Assembly: GCA_965248445.1 (NCBI GenBank)
Contig: CBDFJG010000004.1
Span: forward strand, 1,856,001 to 1,920,000
DNA length: 64,000 nt
Direction: 5' to 3'
Source: Planctomycetota bacterium
GTDB taxonomy: Bacteria > Planctomycetota > JAJSAM01 > JAJVHW01
In this document: one piece after another, positions 22,918 through 33,873 of the stretch
Position numbering within the stretch: the stretch's first letter is position 1
Layout: every line of letters begins with the position of its first letter
Notes under the pieces: model-generated
Databases searched by the model: none
What the model was told of the DNA's origin: nothing
The model's input: only the letters and a program-made list of their open reading frames with translations
Program-made: the position numbers and the translations under genes

Positions 22918-25900
22918 CTAACCTCGCACGACCGTCGTGGCCGTACCCGTTCCGGCGTCGCCGATCTCTGCCCTCCAGGCGTCCATGATCTGCCGGTTCA
23001 CATCGAGCTCCGTGAGCATCCGTTCGCGGCTCTCGCCGGGCGCGCGTGCTACGGACTCATCGAGCAATCGCTTGGCCTCGACGAGGTGGCTCTTGTCGCG
23101 GGTCGCCAGCCACAGTTGGAGACGCGCCTCACACCGCTGGTCGGCGACCAGCACCTCCTCGTTCTTCTCGAATGCAGCCAGCGCGTCCGCGGCGTCCCCG
23201 CCGGGCAGGCGTGCGAGGTGACAGCGAGCGAGCGTCTCCTCGCCGCGCGCGCGGATCTCCACCGCGAGGTCGCGGGCGACGACGTACATCTTGTGTGCGC
23301 GCGCTTCGTCGCCGGCCGCAGAGTGCAGAGATGCGAGCGCGAGACGCGCCGAGAGGACGACCTGCTGGAGCCCGGACGCCTCGCTCAACTCCAGCCCGGC
23401 TTGCATCTCGCGCTTCGCGAGCGCAGCGTCGCCCAACGCCTGCGCAAGTGAGCCCCTGTTGATGCGTCCGTAGGCTTCACCCCGCCGGTCCCCGATCTCG
23501 TGAGCGAGCTGGATCTGCCTCTCGTACTGCTGCCGGGCCTCCTCGAGCCGGCCGCTGAAGAAGAAGACGTTCCCCAGGTTGCCGGTGCTGCTCCCCTCGC
23601 CCCGGCGGTCGCCCGTTTCGCGGCAGAGATCCCGTTGACACTCGAACTGGACCTGCGCTTCCGCCAACCGGCCCTCGAACCAGAACACGCTCCCGAGACT
23701 TCCCATCGCGCGCGCCTCACCCTGCCGATCTCCCAGTTCGCGGCAGAGGGCGAGGTGCCGCTCGTGCTGCTCACGGGCGGCGTCCAAGAGACCCATCGCC
23801 GCCAAGACGTTCCCGAGATTGCCGATGGCGATCACTTCGCTCACCCGGTACCCGATCTCGAGTGCAATCGCGAGCTGGTGCTCGTAGAGCGCCTTCGCCT
23901 CCGCCAACTGCCCCTCGGCCTTGACCACGAGACCGAGGTTCCCCGTCGCGACCGATTCGCCCTGCCGGTCGTCGATGTCGCGGCAGATCTCGAGTCGCCG
24001 CTCGATGTGCTCGCGCGCCTCGGTGAGCCGCCCCGTACCCCAACAAACGACGCCCAGCTGGCCGATGGCGCCGGCCTCCGCCCTCGTGTCGCCCACCTCG
24101 CGAGCGATCTCGAGAGCACGGTGCGACGCCGCTTCCGCGGCGGCGTGATTGGCGGTGCGCCAGTACCGGCGGCTGAGTGCGAGCGCCGCCTCGATCTGGA
24201 TCGCGCGGTCGCCCGCCTCCCGGGCGACCCGTTCCGCTTCCTGTACGGCTTCCTCCTGTCGGGTGCGGCGTCCCATCGCATCCAGTGCGCCCGCCAGTTG
24301 AAGGAGCACGCGCGCCCGATCCGTTCCCGCGAGCAGGCCCGGCTCCGACAGAACGCGCTCCGCCAGCGCGACCACCTGGGATTGGAGGTAGCTCTGCTCG
24401 AGGTGTGCCATCGCCGGAGCCACGTAACGCTTCGCCCGTTCGCCTCGCCCGCCCTTCAGAAAGTGCTCGCACAGGTCCCTGCAGAGCGCGCCGTCGAGCG
24501 ACGTGGGGTCGCTCGCAGCGGCGCTCGCATGCGTCTCGAGTGCTTCGGCCAGAGCGGAGTGGTAGTGCTCGCGAAGCTGCTCGAGAATCCCGGAGTAGAG
24601 GGCCTCTTGCACCTGGTGATGGTCGAACGTGACATGGCGCCCCGCCGCTCTCACGAGTCGATGCGACTTCTCGATCCGGCCGAGTCGCTTCAGTGCCGGG
24701 ACGACCGGGATTCCCGCCGCGGTCGCGACGAGCACCGGATCGAACTCGAAGCCGTAACACGCGGCGACCTCGAGCAGGTCCTTGTCTTCCTCCTCCAAGG
24801 CCGCGATGCGCGCGTTGATCATCTCCAGCACCGACGATGGGATCCGAATGTCCTCGATCGCTTGCGTCGAGTCCCACGTACCGTGCGCGCCTCCATCGAG
24901 AGACGATCCGTCGCGCAGACTGCGGATGATCTCGAACACGAAGAACGGATTGCCGTCGGACTTCTGCGCCACCTGTCCGGCGAGGCGCAGTGCCAACTGC
25001 TCCGATCCGAGCGAGTCCTGCAGCAGGCTGATCAGGTCCTTGGGTCCAAGGCGTGTGAGATCCAGCAGCGTCGTGTGCTCGCGGCGGCGGAGATGGGCGA
25101 CCCACTCGTCGGAGACCGCCGGGCGCGTGGACCCGACCAGAAGCACACGGTGACCCGCCATTGCCAGGCCGAGCGTTGTGAACATCGAGCGGGCGTGCTT
25201 CGGCGCGAACTGAAGGTCGTCGATCAGGACGATGGTTGTTCGCTCGGCACCGAGACTCCGCGTGGAATGGACGAAACACGTTCCGAGCGAGTCCTGCGTC
25301 AACTCGAACACGCCGTCGGGTGACGGTTCGCCGCGCAGAACCGCATCGAACGCGGGGGCGAGAAGCGGTGTCTGCATCAGATGCTCGGCAGACCCCGCGT
25401 CGCCGAAGTGCTCGCGATACGCGCGCGAGAAGCCGTCCGCCGCGGTCGCCGCGCCACCGGGAGGGTAGCTACCGAAGAGGAAATTGAAGTCTTCGCCGTC
25501 CTGCTCCAGGCGCGCGATCAGTTCATCGATGAGGCGCGTTTTCCCGATGCCGGCCTCGCCTCGGATCAGTACGACCTGGCCGTCACCGGCCTGTGCCGCG
25601 GCGTACAGCGAACGGAGCTTCGACAGTTCGTCCTCTCGTCCGTGGACGGCCGTCTCCCGCTGGATGCGCATGCGCCGGGGCGGCTGGCTGGAACTCGCGC
25701 GCAGCTCACGCATCCGTTCGTGCCACCACGCGGAGTCCTCGCCCTCTGCGAGCACCGCGTGAAGTTCCTCGGCTGTTGCGAAGCGCTCGTCGCGAGTCTT
25801 CGCGAGCAGCGTGTGGACGACCTCCTCGAAGAACGGACTCAGTTGCTGGTGAACGTCGCCGAGTCGCCGGGGCTCCTCGTCGCAGACCCGCTTCATCACG

Positions 25901-26565
25901 GCGCGGAAGTCACCGCCGCGGTAAGGATGGTGACCGCACGCGAGTTCATAGAGCAAGACGCCGAGCGCGTGCAGGTCGGTGCGCCCGTCCACCTCACTCG
26001 AGGTGAACTGCTCCGGCGCCGCATAGGCCGCGGAGCCGATGAACGCGCCGCTCTGCGAGAGGCGGATCGCCTCGTCCGCCAGACGCGCAACTCCCAGGTC
26101 CATCACCTTCACCACGTGCTCTGCTGTGATGAGCACGTTCTCGGGCTTGAGGTCCCGGTGCACGACGCCGACCGCATGGATTGCGGCGAGACCCTTGCAG
26201 ACTTCGCGTCCGATGTGCCGGCAGAGTTCCTCGGGCACTCTGTCAAGGTCGCGTTGCAGGCCGGCGAGGGTCTGACCCTCGACGTACTCCATGACGAGAA
26301 AGTGCGAGCCGGCGATGGCGTCGCAATCCAGCGTGCGGACAACGTTGTCGTGCACGATCGCCTGTCCGACCTGCGCCTCGCGCATGAAACGCTTGAAGAA
26401 GCCCTCGGTCTCGAGGAGATGAGGGTGCACGATTTTCAGGGCGACGCGGGTACCCGCCTCGAGTCCTGGCGCGCGTCCCTGAACGACGGCGACGTAGACT
26501 TTCCCCATGCCGCCGGAACCGAGCCCCCGCTCGATCAGGTAAGGTCCGAGCCGTTCCCCTTTCAT
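22918..26565 (-). CDS. Ser/Thr kinase - STAND (AAA_16-like) NTPase - TPR protein, paralog 1
   Basis: GSGGMG, VALK, HRDLKPEN, DLG, YAAPEQ; GEAGIGKT; LIDDLQFA; SDGNPFFV; ~40-aa TPR repeats (GDRxGE...GNLG). Confidence 0.9.
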   Translation of the reverse strand: MKGERLGPYLIERGLGSGGMGKVYVAVVQGRAPGLEAGTRVALKIVHPHLLETEGFFKRFMREAQVGQAIVHDNVVRTLDCDAIAGSHFLVMEYVEGQTLAGLQRDLDRVPEELCRHIGREVCKGLAAIHAVGVVHRDLKPENVLITAEHVVKVMDLGVARLADEAIRLSQSGAFIGSAAYAAPEQFTSSEVDGRTDLHALGVLLYELACGHHPYRGGDFRAVMKRVCDEEPRRLGDVHQQLSPFFEEVVHTLLAKTRDERFATAEELHAVLAEGEDSAWWHERMRELRASSSQPPRRMRIQRETAVHGREDELSKLRSLYAAAQAGDGQVVLIRGEAGIGKTRLIDELIARLEQDGEDFNFLFGSYPPGGAATAADGFSRAYREHFGDAGSAEHLMQTPLLAPAFDAVLRGEPSPDGVFELTQDSLGTCFVHSTRSLGAERTTIVLIDDLQFAPKHARSMFTTLGLAMAGHRVLLVGSTRPAVSDEWVAHLRRREHTTLLDLTRLGPKDLISLLQDSLGSEQLALRLAGQVAQKSDGNPFFVFEIIRSLRDGSSLDGGAHGTWDSTQAIEDIRIPSSVLEMINARIAALEEEDKDLLEVAACYGFEFDPVLVATAAGIPVVPALKRLGRIEKSHRLVRAAGRHVTFDHHQVQEALYSGILEQLREHYHSALAEALETHASAAASDPTSLDGALCRDLCEHFLKGGRGERAKRYVAPAMAHLEQSYLQSQVVALAERVLSEPGLLAGTDRARVLLQLAGALDAMGRRTRQEEAVQEAERVAREAGDRAIQIEAALALSRRYWRTANHAAAEAASHRALEIAREVGDTRAEAGAIGQLGVVCWGTGRLTEAREHIERRLEICRDIDDRQGESVATGNLGLVVKAEGQLAEAKALYEHQLAIALEIGYRVSEVIAIGNLGNVLAAMGLLDAAREQHERHLALCRELGDRQGEARAMGSLGSVFWFEGRLAEAQVQFECQRDLCRETGDRRGEGSSTGNLGNVFFFSGRLEEARQQYERQIQLAHEIGDRRGEAYGRINRGSLAQALGDAALAKREMQAGLELSEASGLQQVVLSARLALASLHSAAGDEARAHKMYVVARDLAVEIRARGEETLARCHLARLPGGDAADALAAFEKNEEVLVADQRCEARLQLWLATRDKSHLVEAKRLLDESVARAPGESRERMLTELDVNRQIMDAWRAEIGDAGTGTATTVVRG

Positions 26566-26667
26566 CACGCGCAGGCTAGCTGCCCGACCGGCCGGGGCGC
26601 TTGCGCCGTCCCGCTACGGGCTCGGGACGCGGGTCGCCGGGTTCCGCGGATGCGCTACCTTGGCGGC

Positions 26668-29600
26668 ATGCTGGGGGAGCAGCTGGGACCGTACGTCGTC
26701 GAGGAGAAGCTCGGCGCGGGCGGCATGGGAACCGTGTACCGCGCGATGGGTCCGGCCGGGCCGGTTGCGCTGAAGGTCCTGCACCCGCACTTGCTCGAGA
26801 TTCCCGACGCCGCCGCGCGCATGCAGCGTGAGATCGAGATCGGCAAGACGGTGTGGCACGACAACGTCGTGCGGACCTACGAGGGCGGCGAGGCGAACGG
26901 CCACGCCTACATCGCGATGGAGCTGGTCGAGGGCCAGACGCTGTTGCAGTTACTGAGCGAGCTCGAGCGCGTCCCCGAGGAGCTGTGCCGTCACATCGGA
27001 CGCGAGGTCTGCAAGGGCCTAGACGCCATCCACGCGGTCGGCGCGATCCACCGGGACGTCAAGCCGGAGAACGTGCTGATCACAGCGGATCACGTGGTCA
27101 AGCTGATGGACCTCGGCGTCGCGCGGCAGATGGACGACAAGCTGCGGCTCAGCCAGAGCGGTGTGTTCGTCGGCTCTCTTCGCTACGCAAGTCCCGAGCA
27201 GCTGCAGAGCGGCGGGAAGGGCTTGGACGCGCGCAGCGATCTGCACGCGCTCGGCTTCGTGCTCTACGAGCTCTCGTGCGGAGCGCCGCCGTTCGACGGC
27301 GACGATGCGTCGGAGGTCATCCGAAGCGTCTGCAGCGACGAGCCTCGCCGGCTCGGGGACATCAATCCGCAACTCTCGCCGTTCTTCGAGGAGGTCGTGC
27401 ATACGCTTCTCCGCAAGAACCGCGACGAGCGCTTCCGAACGGCGGCCGAACTGCGGGTCGTGCTGGAGGATGGCGAGGACAGCGCGTGGTGGCACGAGCG
27501 CGCGCGCGCTTTGCGTGTCGAGACGCGCCGCCCGCTGCGCCGCATCCGTATCCCGCGCGAGACCGCCGTGTACGGTCGCGACGGCGAACTGGCCCTGTTG
27601 AGCGGTCTCTTCGACCAGGCGAACAAGGGTGACGGCCAGGTCGTTCTGCTCCAGGGCGAAGCGGGCGTCGGCAAGTCCCGCCTCGTGGACGAGCTGATCC
27701 GGCGGCTGCAGGAGGAGGGCGAGGAGATCGACTTCCTGTTCGGGAGCTACCCTCCCGGCGGCGCCGCCACGGTCGCGGGGGCGTTCAGCACGGCGTACCG
27801 CGAGCACTTCGGCGAGCAGGGCAGCGCAGCGTACTTGCCCGAGAACCAGGCACTCGTGCCCGCGTTCGATGCGCTGCTGCGCGGCGACCCGGCGCCGTCG
27901 GGGGCCGCACCCCTGAACAAGGGCTCCCTGCAGACGTGCTTCGTGCGCGCCACTCAGGGACTCGCAGCAGAACGCGTCGCGGTCATCTTGATCGACGACC
28001 TGCACTTCGCGCCCGGCGAGGGACGCGCGTTGTTCACGTCGCTCGCCCTCAGCGTGACGGGTCATCGAGTCCTGCTGATCGGCACGATGCGGGACGGCGT
28101 CGACGAGGACTGGGTTGCCGGTGTGACACGGCTCGACCACGCGGCGCACCTGCAGATAGCGCGTCTCGGGGCCAAGGACCTCGTGCAGATGCTCGAAGAC
28201 TCGCTGCGCTCACGCAAGCTGGCGGAGGAACTGGGCGTGCGCATCGCCGTGAAGTCCGACGGCAATCCATTCTTCGTGTTCGAGATCATCCGATGCCTAC
28301 GCGATGGCGGGTTGCTGCGGCAGTCCGCTGACGGCAGCTGGGTGACGACGCAGGTGATCGACGAGATCGAGATCCCATCGTCGGTGCTCGACCTGGTCAA
28401 TGCACGCGTCGCGTCTCTGTCCGAGGACGAGCGCAACCTGCTCGACGTGGCCGCTTGCTGGGGCTACTCGTTCGATCCCCTGATGGTCGGTGAGGTGCTC
28501 GGCATCGCACGCATTCCGCTGTTGCGCCAGCTCGCGCAGATCGAGCGCAAGCACCGGCTCGTGCGCGCGGCCGGCGTCAAGTACGTGTTCGATCACCACC
28601 AGGTCCAGGAGGCGCTGTACGGGTCGCTCTCCGAACTCCTGCGGCGCGAGTACCACGGCGCTCTGGCCGATGCCTGCGCCGCGCGCGCCACGGCGGGTGG
28701 CGTGGCTCTGTCGGAGGTCACCGGCCCCGCCGCCGTCGACATCGCCGATCACTACCTGCTGAGCGCGCGTCCACAGCAGGCGCTGGTCCATGTCGATGCC
28801 GCCGTCGCGCACCTGTGGGAGGGCTTCGTGCAGGAGCGCATCGTCGTCCTCCTGACACGCGTCCTCGACGCGCCAGGGCTTGTCACCGGCGTGCACCGAG
28901 CCCGCCTCCTGTCAACCGTGTCCAAGCCTCTCGCGTATCTGTCACGATGGGACGACCAGCTGCGCGTGCTCGACGAAGCGCTCGAACTCGCAACGACCGC
29001 GGACGACAAGCACTTGCAGTCGACGGTCCTTCTCCTACTCAGCGGCCGCCTGATCCGGGTCGGGCGATACGAAGACGCACACGACGTGCTGGTCCGCGTC
29101 CTGGCGCTCGCGCGGGAGACGGGCGACCGGACCGTCGAGGCCGCCTGCAACGGCAACCTGGCCACCGTGCTCGGCATCCGCGGCGAAGTGGACGAGGCGC
29201 TCGAGAAGTCGAAGCGCGTTCTCGCCATCGAGCACGAAGTGGGCAATCGCGTGGGCATCCGCATCTCGACCGTGAACCTGGGGAACACGTACTTCCGTGC
29301 GGGGCGCTTTGCGGAGGCGCGCGAGCAGTTCCTCCTGCACCAGGAGATCTGTCGTCGGGACGGTGACCGGGCGGCGGGCGCCCGTAGCCTCGGCAACCTG
29401 GGCGGCGTGTGCATCTCCGAAGGACGGATCGCAGAGGCGGAGACGCACTACCGGCGGCAGCTCGAGATCTCAGGGGAACTCGGTGACCGGTTGAGTCAGG
29501 CCTATGCGTACAGCAACCTCGGCCACGTGAGCTCGGAGCTCGGGCGCTACGACCAGGCGCGCGAGGAGTACAAGAGCAGCCTCGAGATCAGCCACGAGAT

Positions 29601-30141
29601 CGGCCACCGGCGTGGCGAGGCGACCGCGCACCACAATCTCGGGAGCGTTGCGACCTCGCTACGGGAATTGGAGACCGCGGGGGTGCACCTGCGCGCGTCT
29701 CTTGCGATCGCAGAGGACATCGGACTTCCGAACGTCGAGAGTCTCTGCCACCTGGATCTGAGCTACCTGTTCCAGCTGCGTGAAGACGAGCCAAACGAGC
29801 GACGGCACCTGGACGAGGCGGACCGGATCGCCACCGCGACCAACCAGCTGACCGAACTGGTCCTCGCCCGTTGTCGCCTGGCACTCCTGCCCGGCGGTGA
29901 CGTCGGTCGTGCGATCGCGGCGCTGGGCGAGTACGAAGCGCGCATCCGCGCTCCGTCGCGCTGCAAGGCGCGCTACCTGTTGTGGCGCGCGACTGACGAT
30001 CTCGTGCACCTGACCGAGGCTCGCCGACTCGTGGACGAAGCGGTGGCGGGGATGCCCGACGAGGCGCGTCAACAGACTCTCACGCACAACGAGACGTACT
30101 CCGCCGTCCTCTCCGCCTGCGAGGAAGAGGGCATCGCGTGA
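26668..30141 (+). CDS. Ser/Thr kinase - STAND NTPase - TPR protein, paralog 2
   Basis: HRDVKPEN, GEAGVGKS, LIDDLHFA, SDGNPFFV, TPRs; start ATG 26668 chosen by alignment with paralogs. Confidence 0.9.
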   Translation: MLGEQLGPYVVEEKLGAGGMGTVYRAMGPAGPVALKVLHPHLLEIPDAAARMQREIEIGKTVWHDNVVRTYEGGEANGHAYIAMELVEGQTLLQLLSELERVPEELCRHIGREVCKGLDAIHAVGAIHRDVKPENVLITADHVVKLMDLGVARQMDDKLRLSQSGVFVGSLRYASPEQLQSGGKGLDARSDLHALGFVLYELSCGAPPFDGDDASEVIRSVCSDEPRRLGDINPQLSPFFEEVVHTLLRKNRDERFRTAAELRVVLEDGEDSAWWHERARALRVETRRPLRRIRIPRETAVYGRDGELALLSGLFDQANKGDGQVVLLQGEAGVGKSRLVDELIRRLQEEGEEIDFLFGSYPPGGAATVAGAFSTAYREHFGEQGSAAYLPENQALVPAFDALLRGDPAPSGAAPLNKGSLQTCFVRATQGLAAERVAVILIDDLHFAPGEGRALFTSLALSVTGHRVLLIGTMRDGVDEDWVAGVTRLDHAAHLQIARLGAKDLVQMLEDSLRSRKLAEELGVRIAVKSDGNPFFVFEIIRCLRDGGLLRQSADGSWVTTQVIDEIEIPSSVLDLVNARVASLSEDERNLLDVAACWGYSFDPLMVGEVLGIARIPLLRQLAQIERKHRLVRAAGVKYVFDHHQVQEALYGSLSELLRREYHGALADACAARATAGGVALSEVTGPAAVDIADHYLLSARPQQALVHVDAAVAHLWEGFVQERIVVLLTRVLDAPGLVTGVHRARLLSTVSKPLAYLSRWDDQLRVLDEALELATTADDKHLQSTVLLLLSGRLIRVGRYEDAHDVLVRVLALARETGDRTVEAACNGNLATVLGIRGEVDEALEKSKRVLAIEHEVGNRVGIRISTVNLGNTYFRAGRFAEAREQFLLHQEICRRDGDRAAGARSLGNLGGVCISEGRIAEAETHYRRQLEISGELGDRLSQAYAYSNLGHVSSELGRYDQAREEYKSSLEISHEIGHRRGEATAHHNLGSVATSLRELETAGVHLRASLAIAEDIGLPNVESLCHLDLSYLFQLREDEPNERRHLDEADRIATATNQLTELVLARCRLALLPGGDVGRAIAALGEYEARIRAPSRCKARYLLWRATDDLVHLTEARRLVDEAVAGMPDEARQQTLTHNETYSAVLSACEEEGIA

Positions 30142-33100
30142 ACTCCGGCGAGGCGCTCGGCCCGTATCAGCTCTTCCAGGAGCTCGGTTCCGGCGGGATG
30201 GGGACCGTTTACCGCGCGGAGGGTCCCGAGGGCGTCGTGGCTGTCAAGATCGTGCGCCCGCAACTGTTCGAAACCGACGACGCGCTGGAGCGCTTTCACC
30301 GCGAGGTTGCGATCGGTCGCACAGTCGACCACCCGAACGTGGTGCGGACCTACGGCGGCGGGGAAGCGGATGGCCGCCACTACCTCGCGATGGAGCTCGT
30401 CGAGGGGCAGACGCTCGACGCTCTGCTCAAGGAACTCGAACGCGTCCCCGAAGAACTCTGCCGTCACATCGCGCACGAGGTGACGCAAGGCCTTGCTGCG
30501 ATTCACGCAGCCGGTGCGATCCACCGCGACATCAAGCCCGAGAACGTCCTCATCACGCCCGGCCACATCGTCAAGATCATGGATCTGGGCGTCGCGCGTT
30601 CGATGAACGACGCCATGGCGCTCTCGCGCACAGGGATGTTCGTGGGATCGCTCTGCTACTCGAGTCCCGAACAGTTGAAAGGCGGAGGCAAGGCAATCGA
30701 CGGGCGCGTGGATCTGCACGCGCTCGGTCTGGTGCTCTACGAGCTCTCGACCGGCGTCAATCCCTACGTCGCGGACGAATTCGGGCAGGTCGTGCGCAAG
30801 GTGTTGCACGACGAGCCGCGCCGCCTCGGCGACGTCAATCCGCAGGTCTCCCCGTTCTTCGAGGAGGTGGTGCACAACCTCCTCGCCAAGGACCGCGACG
30901 AGCGTTTCGCGAGCGCCGGAGATCTGCTCCTCGCCCTCGAGGAGGGCGAGGACTCCGCATGGTGGCACGCGCGGGCGGTCGCACTCCGCATCGCCACCAA
31001 GCGCCCGCTCCGCCGCGTCCGCATCCCGCGGGAGACGGCGGTCTTCGGCCGCGACGCGGAGCTCGCGCAACTCCGCGCGCTCTACGAGATAGCACGCGCG
31101 GGCGAGGGCCAGGTCGTGCTCGTCGAAGGCGAGGCGGGCATCGGTAAGTCCCGCATCGTGGACGAGTTCGTGGCGGGACTCCACCGCGACGACGAGGAGT
31201 TCCAGTTCCTGTTCGGTTCCTATCCGCCCGGCGCAGCGGGTACGGCCGTCGGTGCGTTCTCGACTGCTTACCGCGAACACTACGGCGACGAGCACCTCGA
31301 AGACGCGCTGGCCGCGCACCTTTCGGCCACACCGCGGCTGGTGCCGTCGTTTGCCGCGGTCCTGCGCGGCGACTCGCCGCCCGAGGGCGCCCAGCCACTC
31401 ACGCCCGAGTCGCTGCCCGCAGTCTTCGTGCACGCAACCAGGGCTCTCTCAAAGGAGCGCACGACGATCGTGCTGATCGACGACTTGCACTTCGCGCCGG
31501 AGGAGGGCCGCGCGCTATTCTTGGCCTTGGCGCTCGCCGCGCCGACGCAGCGCACGCTGCTCATCGGCACCGCGCGACGCGGGCTCTCCGAGAACTGGGT
31601 GGGCGGTCTCCTGCGCCATGGTTACACGTCGCGTATGGAACTTGGCCGCCTCGGTGCGAAGGATCTGGCGCGTCTGCTCAAGGACTCACTGCGGTCCGAG
31701 CGGCTCGCGGGCAAGCTCGCCCTTCTGGTCGCGGAGAAGTCGGACGGCAATCCGTTCTTCGTGTTCGAGATCATCCGTGGCCTTCGCGAGGGGCAGTTCC
31801 TCGCGCAGAGCGTGGACGGATCGTGGATCGCGACGCAGGACATCGAGCGCATCGACATCCCGTCTTCAGTGCTCGGACTCGTGCAGGCGCGTGTGGCGAA
31901 TCTCGACGAGGGGGAGCGTGACCTGCTCGACGTTGCGGCGTGCTGCGGGTTCGACTTCGACCCGACTCTCGTAGGCGAGGTGGTGGGACTCGCTCGCATC
32001 CCGTTGCTCAAGCGGCTGGGGCAGATCGAGCGCAAGCACCGTCTCGTGCGCGCGGCGGGGCGCCGCTTCGTGTTCGATCACCACCAGGTGCAGGAGGCCC
32101 TGTACGGCAGTCTCTCGGAACTGCTTCGCGAGGAGTACCACGCAGCGCTCGGCGACGTGGTCGAGGCGCGCGCGTTGAGGGGCGGGGCGGATCCGGCCGA
32201 CGTCCCCGGCGATGTCGCGGCACGGCTCTGCCGCCACTTCTTCGACGGCGCCACACCCGAGCGCGCAGTCCGGTACGTATCCGCGGCGTACCGGCATCTC
32301 GAGGACGGCCACCTCGGCGACGCGGCGGTCGCACTCCTGGACCAGGCCCTCGCCGAGCCAGGGCTCTTCACCGGCGCGCCGCGCTTGGATCTGCTGCTGA
32401 ACAGAGTCGAGCGTCTCGACGTGCTGGGCCGGCCGGCCGAGGAGCTGGCGACGATCGAGGAAGCGCTCGCGCTGGCGGAGGAACTCGGCGAGCCAGCGCG
32501 CATCGGGCACGCCCAGCGAATGCTCGGCTGGCACCTGGCTCGCGCTGGGCGCATGGAGGAAGCCCTGGCGTTGTTCGCGGCAGCGGAGGAAGCCGCGCGC
32601 AAGTCAGGGGACCGTGCGCTCGAGGCGCGGGTGCTCACCAACCAGGGCACGGCGCTCTACGGACTCGGCCGCCTGGACGAGGCGCGCGAACACCAGGAGC
32701 GGAGTCGCAGCCTGGCGGATCAGCTGGGCGACCTGCGCGCCGAGTCGCGCGCCGTGGTTGGCCTGGCGGTCGTGAGTTTTGCCGAAGGGCGCATGGACGA
32801 TGCGCGGAAGTACGACGAGCGCTACCTCGAGATGGCACGCGAAACCGGCGACTTGAACATCGAGTGTCTCGCCCACGCGAACTTGGGAAGCCTTGCGTAC
32901 ACCGAAGGACGCTTGGGTGACTGTCGCGTGCACCTCGAGCGCGCGCTCTCGCTCGCGCGCGAGCTTGGCTTGCGCCGAAAGGAGACGCGCGGCGTGGGCG
33001 ACATGGGGACGCTGTTCGCTGCGCTGGGCGACTACGCCCGCGCTGCCGAACACATGGAGGAGTGCCTCGCGCTCGCTCGCGAGGTCGGTTCGACGCATCA

Positions 33101-33755
33101 GCAGGGACGGTCGCTGCGCGAGCTGGGCACCCTGAAGTCGCTTCTCGGGGACCCCGCGACGGGGCGCGAGCACCTGCTCGCCGCGCTCGATCTCCATCGC
33201 GCGACGGGAGCGCGGCGCGAGGTGGGCAGCGTGCTGCGGTCCCTTGCTGATGTTACGGGTCGACTCGGCGATCAGGAGGGTGCGGATGCGCACTTCGTAG
33301 ACGCGATCCGCATCTGCCGCGAGGAGAAGGACGTCGTCGGCGCCGCGAAGGCACTCATAGACCGCGGGCTGCTCCTCGCGGCCCTCGACCGCGCCCAGCA
33401 CGCCCGCGACGCGCTGACGGAGGCGAGTGCCATGGCGCTCGAGTACGGAGACACGGAGATCTCGCTCCTCGCCGCGGCGCGCATCGCCGCGCTCCCCGAC
33501 AGCACCGAGCACGAAGTGGCCGCAGCCCGTGCTGCTCTCGCGGTCGCAGGCGCCGACGTACCTGCACCGACCCTCCTCCAGGCGCACTTCTTCCTCTGGA
33601 TGGCAACTGGCGAACGGGACTCGCTCGAGCAGTCGTTCCGTCTCATGACGACGATCTGCGACCTGGCTCCCGAAGACCGCCGCGCGGCGATGGTCGCGAA
33701 CGACCGGGTCTGGCGCAGCATCGCCGAAGAGGCAGCCGCGCACGGCCTCGTGTGA
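30138..33755 (+). CDS. Ser/Thr kinase - STAND NTPase - TPR protein, paralog 3
   Basis: HRDIKPEN, GEAGIGKS, LIDDLHFA, TPRs; GTGA overlap with paralog 2. Confidence 0.9.
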   Translation: MNSGEALGPYQLFQELGSGGMGTVYRAEGPEGVVAVKIVRPQLFETDDALERFHREVAIGRTVDHPNVVRTYGGGEADGRHYLAMELVEGQTLDALLKELERVPEELCRHIAHEVTQGLAAIHAAGAIHRDIKPENVLITPGHIVKIMDLGVARSMNDAMALSRTGMFVGSLCYSSPEQLKGGGKAIDGRVDLHALGLVLYELSTGVNPYVADEFGQVVRKVLHDEPRRLGDVNPQVSPFFEEVVHNLLAKDRDERFASAGDLLLALEEGEDSAWWHARAVALRIATKRPLRRVRIPRETAVFGRDAELAQLRALYEIARAGEGQVVLVEGEAGIGKSRIVDEFVAGLHRDDEEFQFLFGSYPPGAAGTAVGAFSTAYREHYGDEHLEDALAAHLSATPRLVPSFAAVLRGDSPPEGAQPLTPESLPAVFVHATRALSKERTTIVLIDDLHFAPEEGRALFLALALAAPTQRTLLIGTARRGLSENWVGGLLRHGYTSRMELGRLGAKDLARLLKDSLRSERLAGKLALLVAEKSDGNPFFVFEIIRGLREGQFLAQSVDGSWIATQDIERIDIPSSVLGLVQARVANLDEGERDLLDVAACCGFDFDPTLVGEVVGLARIPLLKRLGQIERKHRLVRAAGRRFVFDHHQVQEALYGSLSELLREEYHAALGDVVEARALRGGADPADVPGDVAARLCRHFFDGATPERAVRYVSAAYRHLEDGHLGDAAVALLDQALAEPGLFTGAPRLDLLLNRVERLDVLGRPAEELATIEEALALAEELGEPARIGHAQRMLGWHLARAGRMEEALALFAAAEEAARKSGDRALEARVLTNQGTALYGLGRLDEAREHQERSRSLADQLGDLRAESRAVVGLAVVSFAEGRMDDARKYDERYLEMARETGDLNIECLAHANLGSLAYTEGRLGDCRVHLERALSLARELGLRRKETRGVGDMGTLFAALGDYARAAEHMEECLALAREVGSTHQQGRSLRELGTLKSLLGDPATGREHLLAALDLHRATGARREVGSVLRSLADVTGRLGDQEGADAHFVDAIRICREEKDVVGAAKALIDRGLLLAALDRAQHARDALTEASAMALEYGDTEISLLAAARIAALPDSTEHEVAAARAALAVAGADVPAPTLLQAHFFLWMATGERDSLEQSFRLMTTICDLAPEDRRAAMVANDRVWRSIAEEAAAHGLV

Positions 33756-33873
33756 CTGCCGCCTCACGCCGGCCGGCACGTCCGCAGCCGGGGCGGGGGA
33801 GCGCCGCCCGCCCACGTCGGTGAGCAGATGCCGCAGGCGACCTGGTCCAGTCGGGTCGGTACCGTGCGACGTG

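Noticed and set aside
25381..26667. 429-aa N-terminal extension of the 1586-aa ORF
   Set aside because: Antisense shadow of kinase paralog 1; alignment with paralogs places the start at 26668
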